This document shows, piece after piece, positions 38,892-49,957 of a DNA stretch of 64,000 nt (its first letter is position 1; each line of letters begins with the position of its first letter). Location: positions 1,472,001 to 1,536,000 of the forward strand of contig CM000155.2 in the NCBI GenBank assembly GCA_000004695.1. The letters are read 5' to 3'. Source of the stretch: Dictyostelium discoideum. Lineage: Eukaryota. The notes under the pieces were generated by a model. The model made no database searches. It saw nothing but the letters and a program-made list of their open reading frames with translations, and was not told the origin of the DNA. A program made the position numbers and the translations under genes.

Positions 38892-38991
38892 CACTACGCT
38901 ACTGTAGTGAAATTAAATAATAAAATTCACTACGCTACTGTAGTGAAATTTTATTGAAAATTCCCTACAACATCTTTCATCAATTTCAATT
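38892..38991. repeat. Right terminal inverted repeat of the Tdd-4-like element
   Basis: Reverse complement of 35511..35610. Confidence 0.85.
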
Positions 38992-39025
38992 GTAATCATT
39001 TTTTTTAATTTTTTTATTTATTTTT

Positions 39026-39060
<35 letters not shown>

Positions 39061-39909
39061 TTAATTTGTTTTTTTTTTTTTATTTTTTTTTTTTTTTTTT
39101 TTTATTTTTTTTTTTTATTAATAATCTACATTCATTTGATTGCAATTCATTTGAAGTTTCAATAACTTTCCAAACATGTGTCATTAATGTTCTATCTTAA
39201 ATAATCTAAAGTCCATAAAAATGATTAAATAAAATGAAAATTATTAAATAATAAAAAAATAAAAAATAAAAAGATTTATGGAAATGGAATAAATATAGTA
39301 ATGAAAATAAATTTTTTTTTATTTTTTTTTGAAAGAGAAAATATATACCATTATATGAAAAAAAAAATAAATTTTATTTCAACCACTTTTTTTTTTGGGT
39401 ATGAAAATTTATATAGTTATTGGTGGTGTGGTGGTGTGAAGTGGGGTATGGTGGGGTAAAAAATATAATATTATTTCAAACTCAGCTGAATATAATTTAC
39501 ATAAAGTGGCATGAAAATTTATTTAATTTTATAGTGGTTTTTAATAAATTGTGGTGGGCTATTATAAATTTAAATATGAAAATTAATAATAAATTTTGTA
39601 TTTTAAAATTAATAATAATAAACACAGTAAATTGTATTTTTTCAACAACAAAAAATATATTTTTTTGGTTTTTTTAATTATACAATTAAATTGAAAATTA
39701 TATAAATTTTCATGTGAAAAAATATTAATTTTATAGAGTGTGGTTTTTTTATTCCAACCCAATATATTTATAAAGCCGCTGTGGAGAGAGTATACAATAA
39801 CGGTACCAAATTAAATAATAACTCCAAATTCATTATATATGACTGTTCAATTAAATGCGAACTCTCAAAATAAATTAATAAATTAAAAATCAAATTAAAA
39901 AAGAAATTA

Positions 39910-39942
<33 letters not shown>

Positions 39943-40020
39943 TTATTATTATTATTAGATTCATTTATTTTTAGAATAATATAAAATGATAATAAATCAA
40001 TTTTAGTTTTTAAGGATTAA

Positions 40021-40062
<42 letters not shown>

Positions 40063-40243
40063 GAAAAAGAAAGAAAGAAAATAGGATTTATGTTTTTTTT
40101 AATATATTTTTTATATTTTATTATTGTTATTATAATAGAAAAAAAAATTTAATTAAACTTTATATTTAAAATTTAAAAAAAAAAAATTAATTTTCATTGT
40201 TGTTGTTTGAAATTATATTTTAGAAAAATAATTTTTCTACAAC

Positions 40244-41479
40244 CTAATTGTGAAGAATATTTATATCTTTAATTGATTTTGCAAATTTAATATTTTGAGC
40301 TTTAATTTTATAATATTCTTCAAATGCTTGTTTTGGACCATATTCACCACTATATAAAACTTTTAAAAACTTATCAGTTGTTTGTGCACCTCCAACTTCT
40401 AATTGATGAAACAATGAAAGATCAAAAAATATTGTTTTAGAGTAATTTAAATATTTTTCATATATTGACATTGATTCATCCAATAGAAATGGTTTATATT
40501 TGATTGTTACATATGGTTCTAAATATTGAAAAACGTCTAAATGAGTTATTTTATTATCACCATTGCTTATAAATAAACTTTTTAATCTTATTAATTTTGA
40601 ATAAACATTCTCAATTTGACCAGGTGAAAATGGAACTCCAACAACGGTATCATTATTATCAAATTTCTTTTCTTTTATTGATTTCATTAAACTAATGGAT
40701 GAATCATGATACTTTTGTAAATGATTTAGCCAATCTACCATAAAATCATCGATATCTATTTTAACAAATTGTTCAACTATTTTATGATCAACAAATTCAA
40801 ACATATGATCTAAAAGAAAAATATCATTTTCAACTGGCAATGAAATTTCACCATTGTGAATTAAAATTGAAGGGAAAAAAGCTAAAAAACAATATTCATC
40901 TGGATCATAACAAGATATTTTATATGCATCATTTAATGATATATCTTGTTCCCATCCATTTGATTCAATAATAATTGTACCAGTTGGTTTAAAAATATCT
41001 TGATCAATTTCTTTACCACCCTTTATGCATTCTAAAACATTATTTACTAATTCTTCAATATAAACTTTACAATCATCTATTAATTGTAAAAATGATTCTT
41101 TTACTTTTTCACTATAAATACTATCAATTAAATTTATAATACTCTCATTTTGTGATTTAATTTTTGAAAATAATTTACTTTCAACTGATGGTGATTTAAT
41201 AAAATCAGATTTAAATGATAAATCAAGTAATCTTTCTGGTGGGTTCAATGATTGAAATAATTCTCTACATTGCATATAATGACTTTTTTCACCATTTTCA
41301 ATTTCTATTAAATAATCTTGAAATAAAAATTTAGTTTTTGAACACAATGATTGTTTACATAATTTATTTAATTTCTCTATTAAAGTTTTTGCATTTCTTA
41401 AATTATATTTATTTTCAACTGTAATAGATTTTTCTTTAGGTTCATGAATTACAATTCTTTCTTCATAATCTGTAAACAT
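40244..41479 (-). CDS. Hypothetical protein, 411 aa, single exon, no recognised domain
   Basis: Long ORF with ordinary, not low-complexity, composition. It lies between the Tdd-4-like element and the Harbinger-like island. AT-rich flanks with poly(A/T). Confidence 0.45.
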   Translation of the reverse strand: MFTDYEERIVIHEPKEKSITVENKYNLRNAKTLIEKLNKLCKQSLCSKTKFLFQDYLIEIENGEKSHYMQCRELFQSLNPPERLLDLSFKSDFIKSPSVESKLFSKIKSQNESIINLIDSIYSEKVKESFLQLIDDCKVYIEELVNNVLECIKGGKEIDQDIFKPTGTIIIESNGWEQDISLNDAYKISCYDPDEYCFLAFFPSILIHNGEISLPVENDIFLLDHMFEFVDHKIVEQFVKIDIDDFMVDWLNHLQKYHDSSISLMKSIKEKKFDNNDTVVGVPFSPGQIENVYSKLIRLKSLFISNGDNKITHLDVFQYLEPYVTIKYKPFLLDESMSIYEKYLNYSKTIFFDLSLFHQLEVGGAQTTDKFLKVLYSGEYGPKQAFEEYYKIKAQNIKFAKSIKDINILHN

Positions 41480-42012
41480 TTTAAAAATAACTTTATAAAA
41501 AAAAATAAAAAAATAAAAATAAAAAATAAATCAGACAATTAATTACATGGAATTAAAATTATTTATAATAAATGGGTTTGAATATTTACCTTTTATTTAC
41601 AATGTAATAATGTGAATGGATTTCTTTTGACTTATTTATCACCATATAAATTTTAAAATCTTGTGGAATTAGTTGATTTAAAATTTAAAAAGATTAAGAA
41701 AAAAAAAAAATTTTTGTTTTTTGTATTTTATTTTTTTTTTTTTTTTAATTTTTTTTTTGATTTTCAAAAAAATATCAGATTTTTTTTTTTTTTTAGTGAA
41801 AAAACCTTAATAAAAAAAAAACATAAAATTAATTATAAAAAAAAAAAAAAAAATGAAAAAAAAGGCCCAACTTTTTTTTGATAAAAAAAAAAATAAAAAA
41901 ATAAAAAAATAAAAAAAATAAGTTTAAAAAAATGATCAAATCGTATTTTTTATTTTAGTGTTAATTTTTTTTTTTTTTTTAGTGTTAATTTTTTTTTTTG
42001 GTGAAAATAAAA

Positions 42013-43207
42013 TTATTCCAATTCCTGATCGGATTGTCTTGATCTTTTCCTGGGGAGATTATCGTCAATGGTTTCAACTTCTTGGACTAATTGTTTGACA
42101 GAATCACATAGTGATTTTAAGATATCAATCACTTGTTGGTTATGATCACCTTGCTTTTGGAAAATTTCCAAATGTTTTTGTTTAAGATCATTGCTCTTTT
42201 TCGTAACCTTGAGGAGCTCATTCTTTACCAAGAATGTATTTTGCAGTGTTTCATGGACCTTTGTCTTAACACTGGTATGGTGTTGTTTATCTACCAAGTT
42301 GCTGGTTCTAATTTCGTTTTGGATTTGGTTTTATGTTAGTTGGCTACCAGAAGTTGCAAGCACTCTAGTAAACTCGATTTGGCTCTGGAGCTTGATAACC
42401 AATTTTGAAATTGGATAGAACACTCTTTTTAGTTGTGGAATGAGAGCTTTGACTTGATTGCTTACAATTTGATGTTTTGCTACCATAATTTTCTTCTTGA
42501 ATTCTATCTTCATCTTCGGTTTCCTCATCAGTCTCTTCATCAACAGTTTGCGATGGAGTTAATTTTGGCGTGTTACCATTTTCAGATGGAGTTGGGTTTG
42601 GTATAGATGCAGTGGTTTTGAGTCCATGTTGATTAATATACATAACTATATTATTGTACTTGTTCATCAATACTTGACTTTTGCCACTGAATTTGTTTCT
42701 GGTGAATAGATTGACTAGATGGGATCTGAACTTTTTAGGGCAGTCATTGTTTAACTTGTGGACATAAACAACCATTTTGTGAAATTCTTCATAACATTTG
42801 TAATGTTGATCTTTTTCTGAGTCATCTGTAACCCTTGTAAGATAATTTCTGAGTTCTGGACTGAATAGGAAATTTAATGATGTGATATTATTTGCAAAAT
42901 GCTCCACAATGAAATCGTTGGCCTTCTTGTAAGTTACACGTTTCCCACCATTTTTATTTTCAGCTTTTTGGCGAATACAATATGAATAGAAAAGAACGTC
43001 ATCATTGTCTTTGATTAGATCATAGTTTTCTTTAAGAAATGAGCACTCTAGAAATGGTTCAAGTAAACCATCCACTGTGCTTGGGGTTGCGTCAACAAAT
43101 CCAACCATTCCTTTCTGAGAATTAATATATCTGGTGTTAGTTGCAAATGAAAGTGTGACAGTATCAGTAGTGTTGATGTATATTGGGTCCGAATCATCAA
43201 CTGACAA
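42013..43207 (-). CDS. Hypothetical gene in a GC-richer island, possibly transposon-associated. ORFs 42365..43207 and 42013..42297 may belong together; they are separated by a frameshift or an intron
   Basis: Locally lower A+T than the flanks. The 280-aa ORF starts at a TTG in the track. The upstream frame (43048..43284) is offset by one. No domain was recognised by eye. Confidence 0.3.
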
Positions 43208-44007
43208 TGATTCATAATTCTCTGCTTTTTATTGTAGTTTAATGAATTTTGCGATTTTGTAAAATGTAAGTTTGCCAACTTCATATCTTATATTTGGAAT
43301 TTGGTAATGCAAATAATTATCATTCATTTTTTTATTTATTTTTTTTTTTTAAATACATTTTTTTTTAGTCGTTTGAGGTTTGACAAAATATTGATGAACC
43401 ATATTTAATTTTTAAATAAAATATCATTAACAACCAAATATTTAAATATTTCCATTATTATAAAATCTTATTGGGCTAACAACTAAAAAATCTTTATGTG
43501 GTAACATCTAAAAAAATCTTTAATAATTAAATATTCTATTAACTAAAATCATTTCAGTATAACAGCTAAAAAATCTAGTTATTGTGAAAAATTAAAAAAT
43601 AAAAAAATAAAAAAATAAAAAAATAATAAAAAAAAAATAAATTTTTTTTTTTTTTTTTATATTATTTTTTTTTATAGATAAAAAACCTAAAATGGAAAAT
43701 CATTTAATAAATAAAAAAAAAAAAATCATAACATTATTTAAAATAATAAAAACTATACTCAGTTGTGTAGGAATTTTTTGTACATTTAAAAATAATTTTA
43801 TAGGTAATTCAATAGATTTTTTATATGACGATTCTATTAATAATTTAAATCGAGATTTATATATTTTTGATCCTACAGCACTAAACAAATACTTATATAG
43901 GAATAAAACCAATTGGAATTATAGACAAAAAAAAGAAACAAAACAATGTAAAAAAAAAAAACTCTGTTGTCAAAATTGATGACCGTTGTCAGTTAGATAC
44001 TCAACAG

Positions 44008-44856
44008 ATGTCAATGGTCAAAAGAATTGTTAGACCAATTTTTATGAAAAAATATACAAAGTCAAGGTTATATTGCGAATCTATTATCGATTTCCTATTA
44101 TATTATTTAATTGTAAGTAAAAAAAAAAAAAGAAATTATAATTTAAATTTTTTTTTTCCATTTCTATTTCTATTTTTTAAAATTATTATTATTTTTATTA
44201 TTACTATTTAAAAAAAAAAGTACTAATTAAAAATAATATAATTTCAGAATGGAGGAAAGTTAATTGTCCACTCAAACACTTTTAAATGTTCAATTTCAAC
44301 ACTCTCTAGATATAAAAGAGATGGAATTCCTATAATGTGTGAAGCTTTAAGATTTGTAATTCCAACATGGAAACCTGAACCGAATACCATTTATGCAATT
44401 GATTGCACTACTTCTCCAATATGTAGACCCCACCCGGGACAAAGAGAGTTTTATAGGGGAGACCAAGGTTATCACTTTTTAGGTGTTCAATTAATAGTTG
44501 ACATTACCAAATTTTTAATTGTTGATGTAATAATTGGCAAGGGTAGAAATAATGATTCAGGTTTGGCAAATATTTCAGGTACAACAGATTTGGTGTTAAA
44601 AAATAAATTGGTCATTCTTGCAGATAGAGGATACTCTAAAAATAAATTCGTTACTCCCAATAGTCTTGATTTAATAGAAGGTGAACCAACAGAAGAACTT
44701 GTAACCGAATTTAGAGATTTTGTTTCCAAAAATAGATCATGTGTCGAAAATGCAAACCAAAGATTCAAGTCTCTGGATTTATTCAACAAACCTATAAAAT
44801 CTCGTCCAATTTCTCATGCCTATACAACTTTGTTGGGGGTATATTGCAAATATTAA
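44008..44856 (+). CDS. PIF/Harbinger-type DDE nuclease (DDE_Tnp_4) transposase fragment, 2 exons (44008..44112, 44248..44856), about 238 aa
   Basis: Exon 1 ends ...LLYYLI|GTAAGT. The intron ends TTTCAG. Exon 2 has TIYAIDCTTSPICRP (first D region), LVILADRGYS (second D) and NRSCVENANQRFKSLDLF (the E/R..VE..F..LK..F motif). The product is shorter than full Harbinger transposases, which have an N-terminal HTH. It is therefore likely truncated or missing exons. Confidence 0.5.
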
Positions 44857-45591
44857 TTTAATATATAATTCTCAAAAACATGTAATATCTAGTTTCGAAG
44901 AAAAAGTGAGACTTATTCATGGGAATTATCTCTAAAAAAAAAAAATAAAATAAAATAAAATAAACACTGCTCCAGTAAAAAACAAATATCTTTTTTATTT
45001 TTCTATTTTTATTTTTATAACTAAAAAAAAAGAAATAACCGACAATTTAGCACAAAATTTTTTTTTTTTTTTTTTTTTTCGCTAAAATAAATTGTGAAAA
45101 AACCTTATTTTAGATATTAATTAATTATTAATAATTAATAATAATATTAATTATTAATTATTAATTATTTCCAAAGCAAAGAAAATACTTTCATTATTTT
45201 AAGTTCTCTCTTTTATTATAACTTTTTTTTTTTTTTTTTACCTGTGATCAGACCTTCAAGGAATGTCCTTGTGTCTTTTCGGCGGTGTTTGTTTTTTTTT
45301 TTTTTTTTTTTTTTTTTTACCTGTGATCAGACCTTCAAGGAATGTCCTTGTGTCTTTTCGGCGGTGTTTGTTAAACGGTTTTATTTTTATTATTCAATTG
45401 TATTAAATTTTTTAAACTATATTATATCTTTCATTATAACTGAACATATATTAAAATTTATATTTTTTTTTTTTTTTTTTTGATATAAATAAACTATTGT
45501 AGTATACAATTAGTATGTTATTTTTATTTATTTATTTTAGGTTTTTTAGTTTTTGTGAATTTAAAATGGTATGTTATTTTAGATTAGGTAA

Positions 45592-46745
45592 TTAATAATT
45601 AATTGGTGGTGTAATTGTTGGAATTGGTTCATTTGTGTTTATGCTCCATTCTTTTTTAAATTTTTTGATGGTTTCAGACCATTGGGTTTCTTTTTGAGTT
45701 TTTGTGAAGTTGTTTTTAATTGAGTATTGGTTAAAGTTTGATAACGTTCTTGAATATTCCAATCTTATTAGCTTGTGCCATTTTGATTTTAATATATCAT
45801 AATCTAGTGTTGTGTTGTTTATTTGGTTGTTCCAATTATCAATTGATTGAGTTATATTGATGTCAAATAATGATTTGCATAACCATATCCATATTTGGTG
45901 AATAACTAATGAGATTATGTTCCAATATGCATGTGTTCTGACTAGATCAAGATTTGTGTTTATATAATTCCAGTTGAACCTGTATTTTTTATATTGTGCG
46001 TTTTCTGCAAAATGAAAATTAATATTGATAGTTGGATCTGGTTTAAATGCTTTGTTGTTTGTTTGTGGTTTATAAATGAGTGTGTATAATTTTGTTGTTT
46101 GGTTTTTTGTTAGTGACCAGTTTTTGTTTCCATTGCAATTTTTATATATAAAATATTTTAATTTGTCGTGGTTTATGAAGTTGATTGTGTGCTGACAATT
46201 GAAAAACAAATGACCATAGGGATCATTATTCATTTCATTGTTGCAAATGGGGCAAACTTTGTTGTGTAGATGATTAATCGGAAGACATCTAGCATGGAAT
46301 CTTTGCATTGTATCACGGCCTTTTGGATCTTTTAATTTTTGAATTTTGACAAATAGTTGGTCGTATGTGTATTTCCATAATAGTTGTATTGATTGTTGGT
46401 GCGAAGTAAGAAGTAGATCTGAATATTTCTTGCCAATATAGTCTTTTGATTTACATTGGTGATTGTTGAGTATTGTCGAGTAGATTTCTTTGAGTGTTGG
46501 TGGTAGTGGAATATTATTTGTGTTTAATGTTTGAGAGGTTTGATTTTTTATTAATATTGGTTGTAGGATTTGAACTTTATCTTTTAGATGTCCAATTTGA
46601 GTTGCATAGTTTTCCCATTCTTTTTTGATTTTTATAAGGTATGGAGAAGAGATTGATTTGTTGATGATTTGATCCATCCAACTTATCATGTATATTGAAT
46701 TATTTGCAGATTTATGCATTTGTAAAAATCTGTTGTATATCCAAA

Positions 46746-46747
<2 letters not shown>
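45592..46747 (-). mobile_element. 5'-truncated, diverged TRE3-like non-LTR retrotransposon fragment (3' part of ORF2); its 3' UTR/tail may extend to about 45230
   Basis: The ORF of 375 aa parallels the C-terminal 350 aa of the adjacent full-length elements: KLKDPKGRDTMQRFHARCLPINHLHNKVCPICNNEMNNDPYGHLFFNC versus KIKDPKTRDTMFRFHARCLPINYLHNKQCPLCKEDMSKDPYGHLFFSC, and HAYWNIISLVIHQIWIWLC versus FAYRNLMALILHNIWIWIC. Amino-acid identity is only about 40-50%. It abuts the poly(A) tail of the next element. Confidence 0.55.
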
Positions 46748-46821
<74 letters not shown>

Positions 46822-46918
46822 TGGATTAACAAGATTGATATATGTCCATCTGTGTTAATACGAGTTTTATTTAATATTTATTTAAAGGCTTATCATTTAA
46901 GCTGAAGGGTTATTTTAA

Positions 46919-49825
46919 TCATATGAATTGATCAAAAGATATAATATTTGGGAGAGATGATTCTGGAATACAATAGTAATTAGCTGTAGTTTTTCTTAGC
47001 TTGATCGTTGAAGTGAGAAGGATCTTAGGATCTTTGAAGTTATTATGGTCTTTTGCTGATAAGTTTTTCAGATCTTTTGCTTTTTTGATGTATTCTAGAG
47101 TGGCCAATTTGTGCCATTTCTTTAGAAGGGAGCTGTATGATAGTGATTCATCTGTTAAAGGATCTTCACTGTATATTTGATTGCAAATCCAAATCCAAAT
47201 GTTGTGGAGGATAAGGGCCATTAGGTTTCTATATGCGAATGATCTGGTTAGATCATAGTCTATTGCTTTATAGTTCCATTCAAAGTATTCTTTGTGGAAT
47301 CTGTGGTTGGCGTAATCTGCATTCACTTCTTGATCTTTTTTGGCTGTCGGTGATAATTTTGGAGTTATTCTACTAATGAAATTGTTATTTTGCCTAATTC
47401 TTGTATGGTGCCAGTTTTTACCTTTGCCTGTGGTAATATAGATGAAATTTTTGAGTTTATTTATTTTTATGAATTGTTTTGTTTTCTTGCATGAGAAGAA
47501 CAGGTGACCGTATGGGTCTTTGCTCATATCTTCTTTGCAGAGTGGGCATTGTTTGTTGTGAAGGTAGTTTATTGGAAGGCATCTGGCATGGAATCTAAAC
47601 ATTGTATCTCTTGTTTTAGGGTCTTTTATCTTCAGTATGTTGTTGAAGAGTTGATTATAGCTGTAGCCTCTTAAGTTTAGAGATGATTGGAATTCCGTTT
47701 TAGGGATGGTTGGATTTTGGTCTTGAATTGTGGTATACCATTCTGCCAGTGAAAGTGGTTGTCCATTTTCGTTTTTTATGGATGTGAGATTATTGTTGAA
47801 GATTGCTTTTTTTATTCTTATTTTGTTCCATTCGTCTAAGTTTTCTTTTAGGTATCTGGATGTGAATTTGTTTTTTTGGATCTGATATTCCCAGCTTTTG
47901 TGATGAGATGAGTTTGTTTGTTTGGTTTCTAGTGCTAGGATGAACTGGTTTATGATCCAAAGTTTCTGCGCCAGTTGTCTCAATTCTATATTCCAAATGT
48001 TCCAGCCCCCTACTTTTAGTGGGTATCTTGCTCTTTTGGTTCTCATTAAATTAATAACTTGAAATCCACTAGCATTTTTGTTGTTTGGTGCCGATAAAAA
48101 CCATTCGACTAGTTTATTGATTTGGTTTAATTCCTCTTCCTTAAAGTTCTCTACATATGAATAGTAGGTTAATTTAGAGAGTGCGAATGCTTTGAGGATG
48201 TTGGTTTTGGTTTTGATTGTTGAGTCAGTGGTTTTCCATAGTACTAAGGATGATCTTATTGTGTTTAATATTTCTGGCATTTTTCTTGTTATCCCTTTGC
48301 CTGTGAAGAAGTATCCCAAGTATCTTTCTGGATTTGTAGATATTGGAATTCTTTGGTTGGTATTGTCTGGGTTGCCTATAAGAATTGATGAAGATTTGTC
48401 GATGTTTAGTTTTGAGGAAGTGGCTTTGCAAAATGAATTGAAGTGTTGTAGTACTAATTCAAGTTGTTGAGAGTCTGGGACCATTGAAGCCGAGTCGTCT
48501 GCAAAGCTTTGGAATTTCTCTCTGTGGTTGCTGTTGTTTAGAGGAAGGCCAGTAATTCGGTCATCTTGTAAAATTTTTCTAGCTAAAGCCTCTATTACAA
48601 GGACGAACAGGGTGGGTGATAGTGGATCTCCTTGTTTAACTCCTCTTTTGATCTCAAAGGGTATAGTAGTTCTACCATTAATTTCAATTCTTGCTTCAGA
48701 TTTGGTGAGTAGATTCATTATCAGGTTGATTATATTGGTTGGAATGTTGATGTGTTGTAGTGATCTAAGTATTGAACCGTGTGAGATCGAGTCAAAAGCT
48801 TTTTCGAAATCATATAGTGTAATTATTCCGTTAATTCTTTTATCATTACAATAGTTGATTAATTCGTTCATTGATATGATATTATCTAGAATGAATCTGC
48901 CTGGTACGAAACCTTTTTGATTGTGGTTGATCACTTTCGTTAGTATTGGGATTATTCTATTGTTTATTAGCTTTGAGTGGATTTTATATATACAATTAGC
49001 CAGTGTAATTGGTCTTCTGTTTTTGATTAGTTCGGGGTCTCCCTTTTTAGGTATCGTGATAATGAGGCCTTCTTTGTAATTTTTGCTAATTAGATGAGGA
49101 TTTCTTAGAGTGTCGTTGAATGCTGAGGCCAGTATTGGAGCTAGTTTTTCTTTGTGTGTTATGTAGAATAAGTTTGGAATTCCATCTGGACCTGGAGATT
49201 TGTGTGGGTTCAGTTGTTTTATTACTTCTAGGATCTCTTGTGAGGTGAATTCATTTTCAAGGTTGTCCCATGTTGAGTCCCTGGTCACTGTCCAATTTTC
49301 CAACATTTCGTAATGAGATGGTGGGTCATCTTCTTTGTAGTCATAAAGATTTGAGTAATATTTTACGTATTCTTCTTCGATCAATTCCTGTTTGTTAATT
49401 GTTCTACCTTGTGCATCTTTTACTGCGTTGATGGTGAAATCATTGTGTCTTTTCTTGATTCTCGCGGAGATGTACTTGAGTGAGGTTTCTTCGCAATAGT
49501 TGTTCAATTCTTGTTTAAGTTGTTCTTCTCTTTTTTTAGATTCATTTATTGCTGAAAGGGTTGCGAAGGCTTGGTCTTTAAATTCTGTCTCTAGTAGGGA
49601 GATTAGATTTTTGATGTTTGCCTTATTGTTGTAGTCGTTTTGTTTTTGAAATTCGGTGTATAGTTGTTTTATTTTGTTCAGTAAGCTGTTGAGTTGAGAG
49701 AAGGAAATAGAGTTATGGTTGGCTGACAGCTCCCTTGAATAATCGTTAAGTAGGAAGTCTATTTTCTTAAGCATTATGCTTGAGAGGATTGAGGATTTTT
49801 TTAATCTCCATCTGCGCTTGTTCAT
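46919..49825 (-). CDS. TRE3-like ORF2, reverse-transcriptase portion (968 aa; separated from the EN portion by a frameshift or stop in this copy)
   Basis: RT box QSFADDSASM (the YXDD-equivalent FADD) and the upstream conserved PKKGDPELIKNRRPITLANCIYKI... motifs. A C-terminal Cys/His region, CPLCKEDMSKDPYGHLFFSC, is present. Confidence 0.75.
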   Translation of the reverse strand: MNKRRWRLKKSSILSSIMLKKIDFLLNDYSRELSANHNSISFSQLNSLLNKIKQLYTEFQKQNDYNNKANIKNLISLLETEFKDQAFATLSAINESKKREEQLKQELNNYCEETSLKYISARIKKRHNDFTINAVKDAQGRTINKQELIEEEYVKYYSNLYDYKEDDPPSHYEMLENWTVTRDSTWDNLENEFTSQEILEVIKQLNPHKSPGPDGIPNLFYITHKEKLAPILASAFNDTLRNPHLISKNYKEGLIITIPKKGDPELIKNRRPITLANCIYKIHSKLINNRIIPILTKVINHNQKGFVPGRFILDNIISMNELINYCNDKRINGIITLYDFEKAFDSISHGSILRSLQHINIPTNIINLIMNLLTKSEARIEINGRTTIPFEIKRGVKQGDPLSPTLFVLVIEALARKILQDDRITGLPLNNSNHREKFQSFADDSASMVPDSQQLELVLQHFNSFCKATSSKLNIDKSSSILIGNPDNTNQRIPISTNPERYLGYFFTGKGITRKMPEILNTIRSSLVLWKTTDSTIKTKTNILKAFALSKLTYYSYVENFKEEELNQINKLVEWFLSAPNNKNASGFQVINLMRTKRARYPLKVGGWNIWNIELRQLAQKLWIINQFILALETKQTNSSHHKSWEYQIQKNKFTSRYLKENLDEWNKIRIKKAIFNNNLTSIKNENGQPLSLAEWYTTIQDQNPTIPKTEFQSSLNLRGYSYNQLFNNILKIKDPKTRDTMFRFHARCLPINYLHNKQCPLCKEDMSKDPYGHLFFSCKKTKQFIKINKLKNFIYITTGKGKNWHHTRIRQNNNFISRITPKLSPTAKKDQEVNADYANHRFHKEYFEWNYKAIDYDLTRSFAYRNLMALILHNIWIWICNQIYSEDPLTDESLSYSSLLKKWHKLATLEYIKKAKDLKNLSAKDHNNFKDPKILLTSTIKLRKTTANYYCIPESSLPNIISFDQFI

Positions 49826-49957
49826 CTGTATGTTGGGTAGAGTGAAAGTGGTTGATAGGAAGTTGTGATCTGATAGAGGTATGTCGTTAATTTTTGGGGG
49901 GATTAGGTTCCTTAGGTATAATTGGCTGTAGTTGATTAAGCTATTGTTAAGGTATAT

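Larger units (their letters stand above)
35511..38991 (-). mobile_element. Tdd-4-like DNA transposon (about 3.5 kb) with terminal inverted repeats of about 100 bp and an intron-containing retroviral-integrase-like transposase gene
   Basis: 35511..35610 (gttgtagggaattttccataaaatttcactacagtagcgtagtgaatttt...atcactgacc) is the reverse complement of 38892..38991. The interior encodes HHCC zinc-finger and DDE-core (rve) integrase motifs on the minus strand. Flanking TCTTT pentamers may be a 5-bp TSD. Assignment to the Tdd-4 family is by architecture as recalled (ITRs, integrase-like, introns), not by alignment. Confidence 0.65.

Noticed and set aside
43692-44211. ORFs 43692..43979 (+/-) as additional transposase exons
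   Set aside because: They are AT-rich and low-complexity with no motif. Only 44008..44112 joins cleanly to the DDE exon through GTAAGT..TTTCAG.
48192-48854. + strand ORFs inside the TRE3 copies (also 53498..54160, 49932..50633, 55242..56000, 50765..51598, 56079..56821)
   Set aside because: They are antisense to retrotransposon ORF1 and ORF2. They are identical in both copies only because the copies are identical.
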